Positions 1 to 10,989 are shown, numbered from the whole stretch's first letter. The stretch: 62,403 nt of DNA, filler included, from Rhabdomonas costata (GCA_019059605.1; 24 parts of 24 records of this genome joined end to end with filler, not necessarily neighbours in it); one strand, 5' to 3'. The notes: generated by a model not told the origin, from the letters alone. Program-made: numbers and translations.

Positions 1-166
1 GGGTGGTGTGGCAATAACTTCCGTCTTCTCGTCTGGTCCGTTGTCCTCTCTATATTTGTGGTGTCTCCAAATTCCACTGCATCGGGATGGTCTGCCGAAA
101 ACACTTCCAGCCAGCAGCCCCCGACAGAAAATGGCGGTTGTTGGTATTCTGCTCCTGCCGGGACAG

Positions 167-1081
167 GGTGCTCCGTCGACGATCAGATGATGCTATATCA
201 GTGGCAGTGGGTTCGCCGGGAGGCAGTTCTGCGGGCGGCAGACTTGTACGAGAAGGTGCGACGGCCTTCTCCCTCTGATCCTTTCTGATACTTCCTCTTC
301 CCCACTTCTCTTCCACTTCTACCTTGCTGTAGTCTCACCTTCCGCCTCCCCCCCTGTGTAATTAGGTTTTCTGCCTTTGGCTTTGCGCGTCTCTTGTAAC
401 ACCACAAAATTTTGCAGCATCTCTCTCATTTCCTGCTGTCTCTTTCGGTTGCAAAAGATTTACGCGAGATCCTGCACGTCCCAACATAACATGGATGCGG
501 TGCGATATTTCTGTTTGGCTTTATGGAAGGAAACCACAATCTTCTTAAAATCCCCAGGACGGTGGTGGGGCCTTCTATGTCTGCACTTGCTACTGGAAGT
601 CATGGCACCCTGTGGTTGTCATATTGAGTAGAAGGACGGCCTTCCCATCTGCAAAAGCCGCGTTTGTGTGGTTTGAAGCATTGCGACTGGCCCTATCGCG
701 AACCTTACAGAGCCTACAGAGCCTGATGTCCTACTGACACAGAGTGAGTGTTGTTGGCAGAAGACCTCGCGGGGAGGAGAGGGATCGAGGGGGACCGCGA
801 TTTATCCAGTGCAGACAGTGATCATGGGGCCCCAGCGGGCAGCGATTACGACATGCTCCCACCAAATCTGAGTATGTAGTATCTCCATCTTCGTCTTGTC
901 CGCGAAGGGTATTGCACTGTTCATCGACGGCGACCCCCGGGGCGCCCTGCCATGGTTTCAGGACGCCGTGCGGGCGTTTTCCTTGGACGGTCCATCCAAG
1001 AAACTCGTCGAGCACTGCATCACTACCACCTGCGGGTCCACCTCGCCGGCCTTTGACGGAGTGCTGCGTATCTCAAAGTGA
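167..1081 (+). CDS. C-terminal exons of a probable class III adenylate cyclase (partial)
   Basis: Exon ~167-255 (..WVRREAVLRAADLYEK|GTGCG) splices in phase 0 to exon 908-1081 (AAG|GIALFIDGDPRGALPWFQDAVRAFSLDGPSKKLVEHC..FDGVLRISK*). This resembles the 'Y..G...F...A...F......DGPS...C...DGV...K' tail of bacterial-type adenylate cyclases. The catalytic domain is not in this contig. Confidence 0.6.
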
Positions 1082-1882
1082 TTTGTGCATATCGGTATGT
1101 GTGTGTACCCGACATTGCCCCTCCCCCTTTGCCTTGGGTGGGGGGTGGGGAACGCGCGATCTCCTTTCTTGTGTACTTTTTGTTGTTCTCGACCACATCC
1201 GTAAGGCCGGTGGATCTGTGCCTCTTTGTGGGAACTCCTTTCACTTGAAGTTGAAGTTGGAAGTTGAAGCGGGATAGGAACTTGCGAGCTGTGTCTCAAG
1301 GCCATCTCTCTCTCGTGGTCTCTTGGAAACACTTTCCCTCCCATTCCCATGCCCCCTTGAAGGGTGTTGGTATTCTTCGACTTCCACCGGGGGTTCGTGG
1401 TGGTTGGCGGCTGTTTGAGGCACAGATACCGGCTTCAAACCTTTCAATGGATGGATGTGGATGTTTTTGTTATCCTGGATGTCTGGATATTGGCGTGTTG
1501 CCCTTCTCGTCACCTTTTTTTTTCTAACTTTGCTGCCTTTCTAGTTGATTTCTACCCCGTCCGCAGCTTAGCTTGTGAGTGCGCAGTGGTTGAGCGATCT
1601 ACCCCCCCCCCCCATTCTTTTTTTTTTTGCATCTTTCGGTGTCGTTGCTGACTCACTTTGGACCCCTTCCCCGCTCGGGGACATCTCCGCGACTGACCAC
1701 TGCCAAAGTCTTTCGGCCCTGCTTTTCTACCCAGACTTCAGGTGAGCGACTGGGGCCGACGAATGACAGGCAGTTCTTCTCTGGGTTTGGGGTGAACCTC
1801 CCTTGTCCCCCATTTTTGAGGCCCCCCTTTGGCCACGGGGATGTCACATGAATCCAATCGATACGTCCGGTGCTGAAGTGTA

Positions 1883-2290
1883 TTACTTTCCGTATGACTC
1901 CTTGGGACACATCGGCTCGGTGGAAGGAAAAGATGGTGATGTTTTGTTGAAGGGGATGCTATTAAAAAATACGACGCGTATTGATGCTCTTACTTCGTTG
2001 GGTTTGCACATGCGTTGGGTTGTCAAAGACTTTGCTGCTTCATGGCATAGCTTTTGGCTCTGGTCCTCCAACATGCCTCCTGCTGGTGTTATGGGTGAGA
2101 ACAGAATGCTGCCAGTTTTCTGCGATCTCGCGCTCGTTCGAACCACATTTGAAGTAGCATGCTGCGTCAACACCGAGCGGTTCCCCTTCCCGGCGAACAT
2201 CAAGCTGCAGTCTGGTTCTTCTGCTCCTTTTATCCAATGGGTTTTGCACCAGATTTTTGAAGTTGCTTTCTCCCCGTGCATTTCTTTATG
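1883..2290 (-). mobile_element. Possible decayed DNA-transposon (hAT-like) coding remnant
   Basis: Intron-less frame contains IWCKTH..C..GNRSVLTQHATS (zinc-finger-like) followed by VVFFNSIPFNK, then stop codons. Weak resemblance only. Confidence 0.22.
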
Positions 2291-2512
2291 TTTTTCGTGC
2301 TTTTTGAGCCCCAAAGTGCCCACCTCAAGCGCAAGCCCAAGTCCCCATTCCCCCACCTCACCTTTTGTCCCATCCCTGACCACTCACCAATCTTGTGCTT
2401 CCCTGCCGTCAGCGAGTGCTTTTTCAAGAATGCAGCCCGCGGAGCTCTCGCCGACCTTCTCCTCACACACCGCCCACTGCCTGAACACTTCCCTGGCGAT
2501 TCCCACCAACCC

Positions 2513-2612
2513 NNNNNNNNNNNNNNNNNNNNNNNNNNNNNNNNNNNNNNNNNNNNTTAATTAATTAANNNNNNNNNNNNNNNNNNNNNNNNNNNNNNNN
2601 NNNNNNNNNNNN
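2513..2612. other. Artificial contig-joining spacer (first of 23)
   Basis: Identical 100-nt N44-TTAATTAATTAA-N44 blocks (stops in all six frames). Starts: 2513, 5119, 7728, 10334, 12932, 15537, 18143, 20748, 23354, 25959, 28564, 31168, 33772, 36379, 38983, 41587, 44191, 46794, 49390, 51992, 54594, 57197, 59800. They separate contigs of about 2.5 kb. Confidence 0.98.
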
Positions 2613-2800
2613 TTTTGTGGGGGAATGAGGGGGCCTCATTGAAATGGGTCGGGGTTTTTGTTACCAGTGGTTTCGCGACTCTAAATCGACTCACAGGTGC
2701 AGGAACGCAACCCGCCCGCTTCAAAACTTTCCATTTCTGCTTTTTTTTTGTTCTGTCTCATTTGCTCTTTGTGTGCGAGGGTGTCCATTGCAGCCACGGA

Positions 2801-2956
2801 ATGGGCCGCAGCAACAACCAGCTTCGGCGGATGGCCAAGGACAGGGGCCGGGTGTTCGTTCCCAAGAAGTGCAAGTCCAAGTCCCGGCAGCTATGGAACA
2901 AGCAAAAGATTACCAAGGCAATCCAACTGAAGAAGAAGGTTTTTTCCGCCTTTTAA
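2801..2956 (+). CDS. Small, very basic protein, or the first exon of a larger gene
   Basis: MGRSNNQLRRMAKDRGRVFVPKKCKSKSRQLWNKQKITKAIQLKKK with GC3-rich codons. Preceded by a pyrimidine tract and CAG (2791-2793). Possible donor AAG|GT at 2939; otherwise TAA at 2954-2956. Confidence 0.55.
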   Translation: MGRSNNQLRRMAKDRGRVFVPKKCKSKSRQLWNKQKITKAIQLKKKVFSAF

Positions 2957-4570
2957 AAAGAGTTTCAAGTGCAATTGGGAAGCTGCGTGTGTCGCCTCAC
3001 TTCTCTGCGCAACTCCTCATGACCTTTTATCCGTGCTCATCATTTTGGGAAGCCAGCAGCGTCCATTCCACTTTGGCGCTGGAGAAGGTTTTTTATATTG
3101 GCGGTTGCTCTCGAGTTCCACTCAAACGCACGCGCGCAAGCGAAAAGAAGAGAGCAAAAGGGGACGTTATCAGTGAGCTGGTGATCATACCGTGAAATCG
3201 GCTGAACTGTTATGGAAAGTGTACTTCACGCCAGGCCGTGTTTACTTGCTTTCAACTCTCTCTCTGTCAGCTGATCGATGTGTAGTGCCCATGCTTTGTC
3301 ACTATTCAGGGAAAGCCGTCGAAACCCCGCCGTCGTTGAATATGGTGCTGGTGTAGGTCTCAATGCCCGTGGATGTTGTGCAGGGAACAGTTCGGGCCGC
3401 GGTGATTCTCGGGGTCGGAATGTTAAGAACCTGCTGTAGTGTACTCGTGAAATGCTACTTTCTGGGACAAATGGAGTATCGTGCTCACCTTTTTCTTGAG
3501 CTCATCTGTTGTTTTGGCGTGTGATATTTACTGGCCAAGCGCTTCTGTCAATCGATATTGCTTTCCGAATAAACTGTGAGGTAAACTCCAGTTGCAGTTT
3601 TCGGCGACGAGTTTCTTTTTGTATTCAACTGGTCGCCCGTTTACCGCAATAACTGAAAGACCCTTGCGATATTTCTCTGCGGAACATAGTTTCTGTGCAA
3701 TCGGTCCCGCATATCTCATTTACCGTGCCGTGCAAACAAAAAGAGTTCACAGCGCTCATGCAAATTGTCTTGCTGAAGTTGATGTTTCTTTTTTGTTCAT
3801 TTGGGTCTCTTCGTTGCCGGTGGAGCCTCAAATTTTATCCTCCGGATCAGTGCGCTAAAAATGTCCCTCCGGGCAAGAGGGGCTATGCAGCCTCAGATTG
3901 TGCTGTGGCTTCTCCTGGTGCTCACTGCGGCAACTAGTTGGTGGCAGTTTTGTGGGTTTCCCCTGCAAGGTGTGTAAACCTCGGTGATCGTGAAAAATAA
4001 TTGTGGGAGATATTCCGATGCTGTGTCCTTTTAACCACTGGTTTCCTGGACAAGCACAATAATTCTCTCTGCCCGCTAAGTTTCCTGTTCAAGTCCTGCA
4101 TTTCTATGGCCTTTTCTGTTTGCTCAGGTGCACCTCGTTTCTCTGCCTTGCGGAATCCCCACAAACGTGCAACAGAAAGACTGTAGAAGGGCCGAGAAAC
4201 AGGCAGCCAGACTTGAGGGCATCCCTTATACGCACCAGCCGGAACTGCCTGAAAACGGCATGGCAAATGGCAAGCTCGGAGTCATCTCACCTAATGAGAG
4301 GAGAAGGAGCGGGGGGAGGGCTGACGTAATGGTATTTCATCCAACACATGGGCAGAACCTCTCTTACTGTCTCTATCCCCCACAACACAGTTCCAAAAAA
4401 AGAATTATCCAATTGTATCTGCCGCATACATGTATTCAGGCCCTTTTTCATGGAATGTGCATCACTGTTCGTTTGAAAGGAGTGCCAATTTTCAAGCTTC
4501 GTTTTCTCTCTGCTTCTTCGTCCTTTCCCCGCCAGAGGGCTGGTCCAGCCCTTTGGGAATCTTAGTGCAG

Positions 4571-4885
4571 CGGAGGCTCTTGCTGGACCTCGGCGCGGTG
4601 CTCCCGGCTCCCCTGCTGTGCGCCCTGCCCTCCGCGAGGTGCCACCACGGGGTGGTGGTGAAGGTGGACCTCTCTGGCCATCGCCTGGAAGGCACGCTGT
4701 GCCCGCGCCGCCTGCCACGCACCCTTCACACCCTCCACCTCCACCACAACCTCCTGGTCGGGGCACTGGAGACCTCAGGGCTCCCTCCTGGGCTGCGGGT
4801 GCTGAACCTGGCACACAACAGACTGTCAGGGAAGGTCAACCTCACGGCGGAGGCTGTGCCCCTCCTGGAAGAAGGCGACCTGCAG
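4571..4885 (+). CDS. Leucine-rich repeat protein exon
   Basis: TGCAG|..VDLSGHRLEGTL..LPRTLHTLHLHHNLLVG..LPPGLRVLNLAHNRLSGKVNLT..LQ|GT. Contains LxxLxLxxNxLxG repeats. Confidence 0.8.
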
Positions 4886-5218
4886 GTGGCTAGGGGGAGG
4901 GGTTCTGTTCTGTAGAATGTTTATATGACTTCTCACGCACAATATGACTTCACGCAGAAACGCGCAGACCCATAGCACCTCCTGCTTCCTATGTGTACAC
5001 AACGCGAATACCGTTTATTTCACCGCTCGCTTCGTGGTGTACCCGTCTTGGCTGTCTGTTTGCGCGCATGCGCATGCACGTACGTCCTGTGTCGGGTCGA
5101 GCGCGCAAACAAACAACANNNNNNNNNNNNNNNNNNNNNNNNNNNNNNNNNNNNNNNNNNNNTTAATTAATTAANNNNNNNNNNNNNNNNNNNNNNNNNN
5201 NNNNNNNNNNNNNNNNNN

Positions 5219-7640
5219 GTGTGGGTGGTTCGGGAGGACCGTGTAAGGGGTGTCCAGGTCCTGCGCGAAAGCCCGTGCCCCCACATAGCGGATGTCTTTG
5301 GGCACCATGAGTGCCCCACTTCGCCAAGTCAGCGCGTGGAGAACGGATTGCGCGCGTGGGCTGATCTGCGGGATGTGAATCTGTAATCTTGGTGGTCGGA
5401 CTGTTCCGTGCCAGCTTCTGCTCTTGTTCCCGAAGTCGGCTGATCTCGTGTGCCACAAAGCTTACGTTCCATTCTTAAGAGTCCACTGATAATTGCAGAA
5501 TCACTGACGCTAAAAAGCGAACATACAAATTAATGCACCCAAAAAAGAAGCACCACCAGTGGTCTCCCTCAAGGCTGTCGAAACAAAGCCAGCGGTAGGC
5601 AGAAATGCAGATTTCGCACTTTGGAGCGGCAGAAAAAAATATTTTGATACAACTTTTACAAGTGGCAAAGCTCGATTTTAAAATGCACTTTTTAGGGTCA
5701 ATAATTCCCCAGCTCAAACCCCCCTTTCCCATTGGGTCAATGTTGACTTTTATGGTAGGCTGGGTGCCCCATTGTGAAACAACGTTGACTACAGGGGGAA
5801 AGGGGGGGCATGTATGCTTTGCACAGCAACCGCAAAAGTGCCCAAATTGGCTCTTTCCAGCTAAAAGGGCCAATGTTAGGGGTAAAATGATGGTCTTTAG
5901 GCCAAAATTGATGAAAAAAAAGAAGCAAATTACAAGTACACACGGATGCGTGGGGTGGCGACGACACAAAAAATTTACTTGGGGGTAAGCCTCGTCTTGG
6001 GGACGGTAAGAGGAGTTCCGGTGACGGAGAAGAAAACATATCTTGAATTATTGACCCCTTTTGACTGTGTGATGGGGCATTTTAAAATCGAGCTTTGTCA
6101 TATGGCGAGCAGCAGAAAACTCAATAGATCGACAGCAAAAGGTGCCATTTAGTTGCCTACGGCGTCGCTTCGCTCCGTGCTAACCGCCCGCAGACGGATG
6201 TAATTGATGGCAATGATGACGCATCCAATGACAAAGTTGTAGCAGGTGAAACTCGGGTCAAAATGTAAAATTTGGTCCAAAAATCACAAAGAACACGGCA
6301 AACCGCTGTAAATCATGGCCAAAGGCCCTAAAATGCCCCATTTGGCCCTTTACCTGACTACGGAGAAGCATTAATCGCCACATCCATGTCCATCTTCCAC
6401 AGCTGCATGGAGTTCTCGTGGGATCTCAACGTATGAAGGGGTGATCTCGAAAATTCAGTGTGTCTTCAGTGTGTCTTCAAAAAAAGTTTGTCTTGTGAAA
6501 AAAGGATTTTCGGCACTAGTTTCATCTTTCCTAACCTCTGATATTTTTCTGTGTGGCGGTACACTTGTCCAAAAGGGCCCTGTACGGGGGCTTTTTGACT
6601 TAGGCGTTGTTTCAAAACGGAAAACAGCGTCCTCATGAGTGCACCAAAACGGAGACGGAGCACACACCGCATTGTACAGCGCCCTGCGATATGTGTCCAC
6701 CAGAATACTCACCCTGGCCTCCGTGAGCGACGCCACCGGTACCCCGCCAGAGGTGCCCCCGGTCACCGTCTCCAGCACTGTCGTCAGCAGCTCCTGCAGC
6801 GTGTCAGAGTAGCCCGACACCGACATCTCAAACCCCGTGGAGGTGGTGGAGAAGTCATAGTCCAACCCCACCAGGCTGGCCAGAGCCGTGGTCTCCTCCT
6901 AACGCCATGGCCCACCACCATTCCAGACACACAGGGTGATGAATGGATGGGCGACAAGGGACTGTAAGGGCGCACTGGACCCGTCATGTGATTAAGAATG
7001 CTATGGCCCTTGGAAGGCAAACTGGCAGCGCTTCAGCAGGCTCCGGTCCGCAAACCTTACTCCAGCAAGACCAGCGACCCCGTCGACGGGACTGAGGGCC
7101 CACGCTTTCTCTGCCCGGACCAACAGCCGACCACAGGGAACAAAAGGGATGATTTAAAAGGTGCAAGCAAACGGCAGAAAACCGCTCCAAAAAACTCAAA
7201 AACTTGATCAAAACTGACCCCTTTCACCGCCCATCTCATCGGAAGGCCCACTTCGAAGGAACTTGCGAGCAGGGGGAGCGCGGTTCCTCATCACCAAACA
7301 ACCTCTGCATCCTCTGTTATTTGAATCTGAGCAGCCCAGAAGGTCAATAATTATCATATAGCAGGCTACACCGTAAATCGAGAGTTTGCAACCTTGCGTA
7401 TTCACCAAGGGACAGCATATGCTATCCAAGCCCAGCGGCATAAAAACACGCTAAAAAGACTTCATTTCGCAACGTTACATACTAAGTTCTCTATTTCGGG
7501 CTGTAACTAGGCTTGGACCCAGCAGCACATTTTGGACCCAGCAGCTCATTTCCATAAAAAGGCACAACTGCACCTGCCACAGCTTCGTTTTCCCAACATG
7601 GTTCGCAATACAGCGAGCAACGCGACGTTCCAAGCTCGGC
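5219..7640 (-). CDS. M16A (insulinase/pitrilysin-like) metallopeptidase, C-terminal half, partial, multi-exon
   Basis: Exons: ~7640-7574 (..GKTKLWQ), ~7304-7228 (GCLVMRNR..), 7110-~7035 (KAWALSP..RSLL), ~6896-6668 (ETTALASLVGLDYDFSTTSTGFEMSVSGYSDTLQELLTTVLE..YRRALYNA). These follow the order of IDE motifs KLW..[23 protein letters not shown].D. Exons near 6445-6362 and 5460-5219 are less certain. The HXXEH motif is not in the contig. Confidence 0.7.
5663..6100. mobile_element. MITE-like element with imperfect terminal inverted repeats (family A)
   Basis: Left arm TGGCAAAGCTCGATTTTAAAATGC..GGGTCAATAATTC (5663-5707) is the inverted partner of 6045-6100. The reverse complement of 5961-6100 recurs at 23095-23233. 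Confidence 0.65.
7361..7447 (-). repeat. Interspersed repeat (family B), intronic
   Basis: Reverse complement ..ATGCTGTCCCTTGGTGAATACGCAAGGTTGCAAACTCTCGATTTACGGTGTAGCCTGC closely matches 49497-49573. Confidence 0.8.
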
Positions 7641-7827
7641 AGAGGCGCACCAACCTCATTTTTCTTTGCTTTGGGTTCAGATTTCACGGGTCCATGCTCA
7701 AAACCAGTGAGGGGTCGCATCCCACAANNNNNNNNNNNNNNNNNNNNNNNNNNNNNNNNNNNNNNNNNNNNTTAATTAATTAANNNNNNNNNNNNNNNNN
7801 NNNNNNNNNNNNNNNNNNNNNNNNNNN

Positions 7828-10064
7828 GTGGTGGGTGTGGTTGGGGCTTGATGACGACGAATTCCAGTCAGGGTTTCGTGGGGTGTCCGGCAGTTAAGAG
7901 CTGGACCCAGTGCGTGATCAACGGCAGCCGCGCGACGTGCTCGATTCCTTTACGCGCGGTGACTCCCTCGCGCCTGGTGCTGAACTTTACATTGGACAAG
8001 AACGCGACTGGATTCCATTTGTTTGAACTCAACTTCTCGGCAAGCAACTTTGTGTTCCCCAAGCAGTCGGTGCTGCTGCAGGTGTCCACGTTCGACTACA
8101 ATGTCACCTACGCGCCGATCCCGCAGATCACCGCCATCACCGGTTGCATCAACAAAGGGATTACTACCACGTACTGTTCCCCGGATGGCAACACCCCCTT
8201 GACCCTCACGGGGAGCAACTTTATGACCTATGGGGCCCAGGTCGTTGTTGGGGACACCATCTGCTCCTCTGTGGTCCATGACCCACAGACGCCGGACAAT
8301 CGCCTCGTTTGCACGGGTTACAAGCAGCGTAACACAAATGCCTGGGTGGATGGCCAAATCGTGACAGTTACAAACTGGGTTGGGGGACCCTCGGCCAATT
8401 CCATCATCATTCTGATCAACGTCGTCCCCGAAGTGTACTCCGTTCGCGGCTGTGTGAACTCCGGGGCGACCACGACAGGGTGCAACGGAAGCGCCGCGCT
8501 GACGATTATTGGAAACAAGTTCGGCTGGAATGACTCCTCGATCTCCGTTCTGGTCGGCAGCGCCAATTGCTCTGTTGTCATCCGGGTTAACGCCACCGTC
8601 CTGGTGTGTCCGGGTGGAAGCTACGCCGGAGTAGGCTCGGGCAACACTGTGGTGGTGACCGTGCAAGGGGTGGCCTCCTCCAACCAGACCGCAGCCGTCG
8701 TCTCCTTTGCCAGCACTGTCACCCCCGTCGTGCAACAGGTCACCGGTTGCAAGGACTGCAGCTCCGTCAACTGTGGACTGACCGGGGTTGCCTCGACCTT
8801 GTCCACAGTGAGCTGCAATGTGAGTGGGTTGGTCCCTGTGACGATCACGGGCCTGCTGTTCATGCCCATCACCACGGTGCAGTTCACCGCAACGAATTAC
8901 ACCGTGCCCTGCACGGCACTGACCCGCATCAGCACCACCACCCTGGTGTGCTCTAACTACACCATGCCCGCGTCGATGACTAACCTCCCGATCTTCCTGA
9001 GGGTCAACGTTACCAGCAACGCTGTGGCAGCCCCTTCGGCTGAAGTGTACATCTCCTACGAGACGGCCTGTGGGCTGTCGTGGAACCTCTGCAGCGGTCA
9101 CGGGAGTTGCATCAACAACAGCACCTGCTCCTGCATTTCCAACGCAACCGTCGGGTTCTGGCTGGGGACCACCTGTGAGCGCTGCCAGGTGAGTGCTGGA
9201 CTTTTGGGTGTCCCTCGCTTTTTTCCTTTTTGGGGGATGGGAGTTAAATGCAATCTTTATGGTCTTTATGGCCCTTCGTCTTCGCCTTCTTTGTCGGACA
9301 GTGCCCCCGAATTGATGTGTTTTTGTGTTTCATTCTTCTGTTTTTGAGTCTCGCGATAATTCCGTTGCTCCCAACCTTTGAGTGCGCCGCCCCTTGGGGT
9401 GTTTTCATTGCTGAAAACCTATTTGGATGATCTCTCCTTTATCTTTGCATTGCAGGCGGGCTACTACGGCCTGAACTGCCTGTCCGAGTGTCCTGGTGGC
9501 GCCTCCAACCCCTGCTCGGGACACGGCACGTGCAGCGACAACCTTGGCGGCACAGGCCAGTGCAGCTGCCAGAGCGACTCACAAAACGGCTTCTGGACAG
9601 GCTCGAGCTGCGCGCAGTGCCAGTCTGGGTACTATGGTTCCACCTGCACCACAGCCTGCCCGTGCTCGAAGACCGGCACCGCCTCTTGCTCCGACGGGGT
9701 ACTGGGCTCCGGGGCGTGCCAGTGCTACAACGACTCCACCCATGGGTACTGGGGGGGCTCCACCTGCCAGGTCTGCGCCAACGCCTGGGGGCCCACATGC
9801 CTGAACAGCTGCCCGGGGGGCATGGCAAACTTCAGCGGGTTCACCGGGCCGGGGTGCGCGCCCAACTGCACCGGCCTGGATGGGCGAGTGTGCAGCGGCC
9901 GCGGGACATGCAACAACGCCACAGGGGACTGCTCCTGCAACGAGGGCTACTGCGGAGTGTTGTGTGAGATAAGCTGTGGGGGGGCCTCGCAGATCTGCAA
10001 CACCACCTCCCACCAGTGCCAGTGCAAGAGGATCTGCAATGAAGTGGTACCCAGCCTGTTCCAG
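7828..10064 (+). CDS. Large Cys-rich surface or secreted protein with IPT/TIG-like and laminin-type EGF repeats (partial)
   Basis: Exon <7828-9188 has repeated P.I..ITGC..T..C..G...LT+.G.NF units and CSGHGSC..GFWLGTTCERCQ. GT-AG intron 9189-9454. Exon 9455-~10064 has AGYYGLNCLSECPGGASNPCSGHGTC..GFWTGSSC. Many N-x-S/T sequons. Confidence 0.88.
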
Positions 10065-10499
10065 GTGCATTCCCTATTCTTCCCCCTCTTACCCTCGCTC
10101 CCAAATGCGCCATGTTGGCACACCAACCCAAACTTACACTTTAACCCCACCCCTTTCAGTATCACTTGCTCAACTTCCTCTAGATCTTCTCAACATCGCT
10201 CGCCGCCCCGGCGGCACTGTTCCCACAGCCACCACCTACCTCTGTCTATGCCTCATACCCCATCCGCCATTCACTCCTAAACCTGTCCCTTGGCTCACGC
10301 TTACCTCTCCCTCCCCCTTCCCCCACACCACAANNNNNNNNNNNNNNNNNNNNNNNNNNNNNNNNNNNNNNNNNNNNTTAATTAATTAANNNNNNNNNNN
10401 NNNNNNNNNNNNNNNNNNNNNNNNNNNNNNNNNCTTTGTTTGGGGTTGGGGGATAGAGTATGAGATCTAAGCCGAAGCCAGCAGGAGTCTTTTGTGCAT

Positions 10500-10720
10500 A
10501 AGTGCATTTATGCCCCCCCCCCCTCGACACGTACCCCCAAAGAAAGCTTCTATTTTAATCCCGGGAACCGTGTATCGCCACCTAACCCCCTGCAAATCCC
10601 TATACAAGAATCCCAGGGAACAGGAGCATGACCTCCTAACCCCCTGCAAACTCAGAAAATGGACCAAAAAACAAAACTTCACAGCTCACCCTACCGGGGG
10701 AGGGGGGGCATACATGCACT
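10500..10720. mobile_element. MITE-like element (family C), ~220 bp with ~20-bp TIRs
   Basis: AAGTGCATTTATGCCCCCCC ... GGGGGGGCATACATGCACTT (1 mismatch). Internal direct repeat CCTAACCCCCTGCAAA x2. The same motif recurs near 30167, 53186 and 57005. Confidence 0.6.
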
Positions 10721-10989
10721 TGAAGAGGGGGGTGCACAAATGCAACTAGCGCCGTCTTTTTTATATACAGCAGGCATCCCGAAATGCTGTGATCAGCGTT
10801 TCCTGAACTTTCACCCCCAGGCCCATGGTAGTGCCCTTGGGGGCGGATTGATATCTCGTTTCCATCGCTTCTTGCTCCAAGCAACGAAGGGTTGCGACAC
10901 CACCTAAGACACCACCTAACGTGAGGTCTTCTGTGTGTGGGACGCGATGTTCATTCCGCGAGCAGTGCGGGTGTGTGCGTGCTCATGAC

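Noticed and set aside
1-11. G/T-rich contig starts as telomeres or nanochromosome ends
   Set aside because: There is no constant repeat unit and genes are cut mid-exon at the ends (e.g. 7828, 41687). Better explained by degenerate primers.
1803-2564. 253-aa plus-strand ORF
   Set aside because: No recognisable motifs, runs into the spacer, and overlaps a more plausible minus-strand remnant.
6212-6360. ATGATGA as box C of a C/D snoRNA
   Set aside because: No suitably spaced terminal CTGA or closing stem, and no identifiable guide sequence.
7950-9101. 383-aa antisense ORF (also 9579-10070)
   Set aside because: Shadow frame of a GC3-rich exon on the opposite strand.
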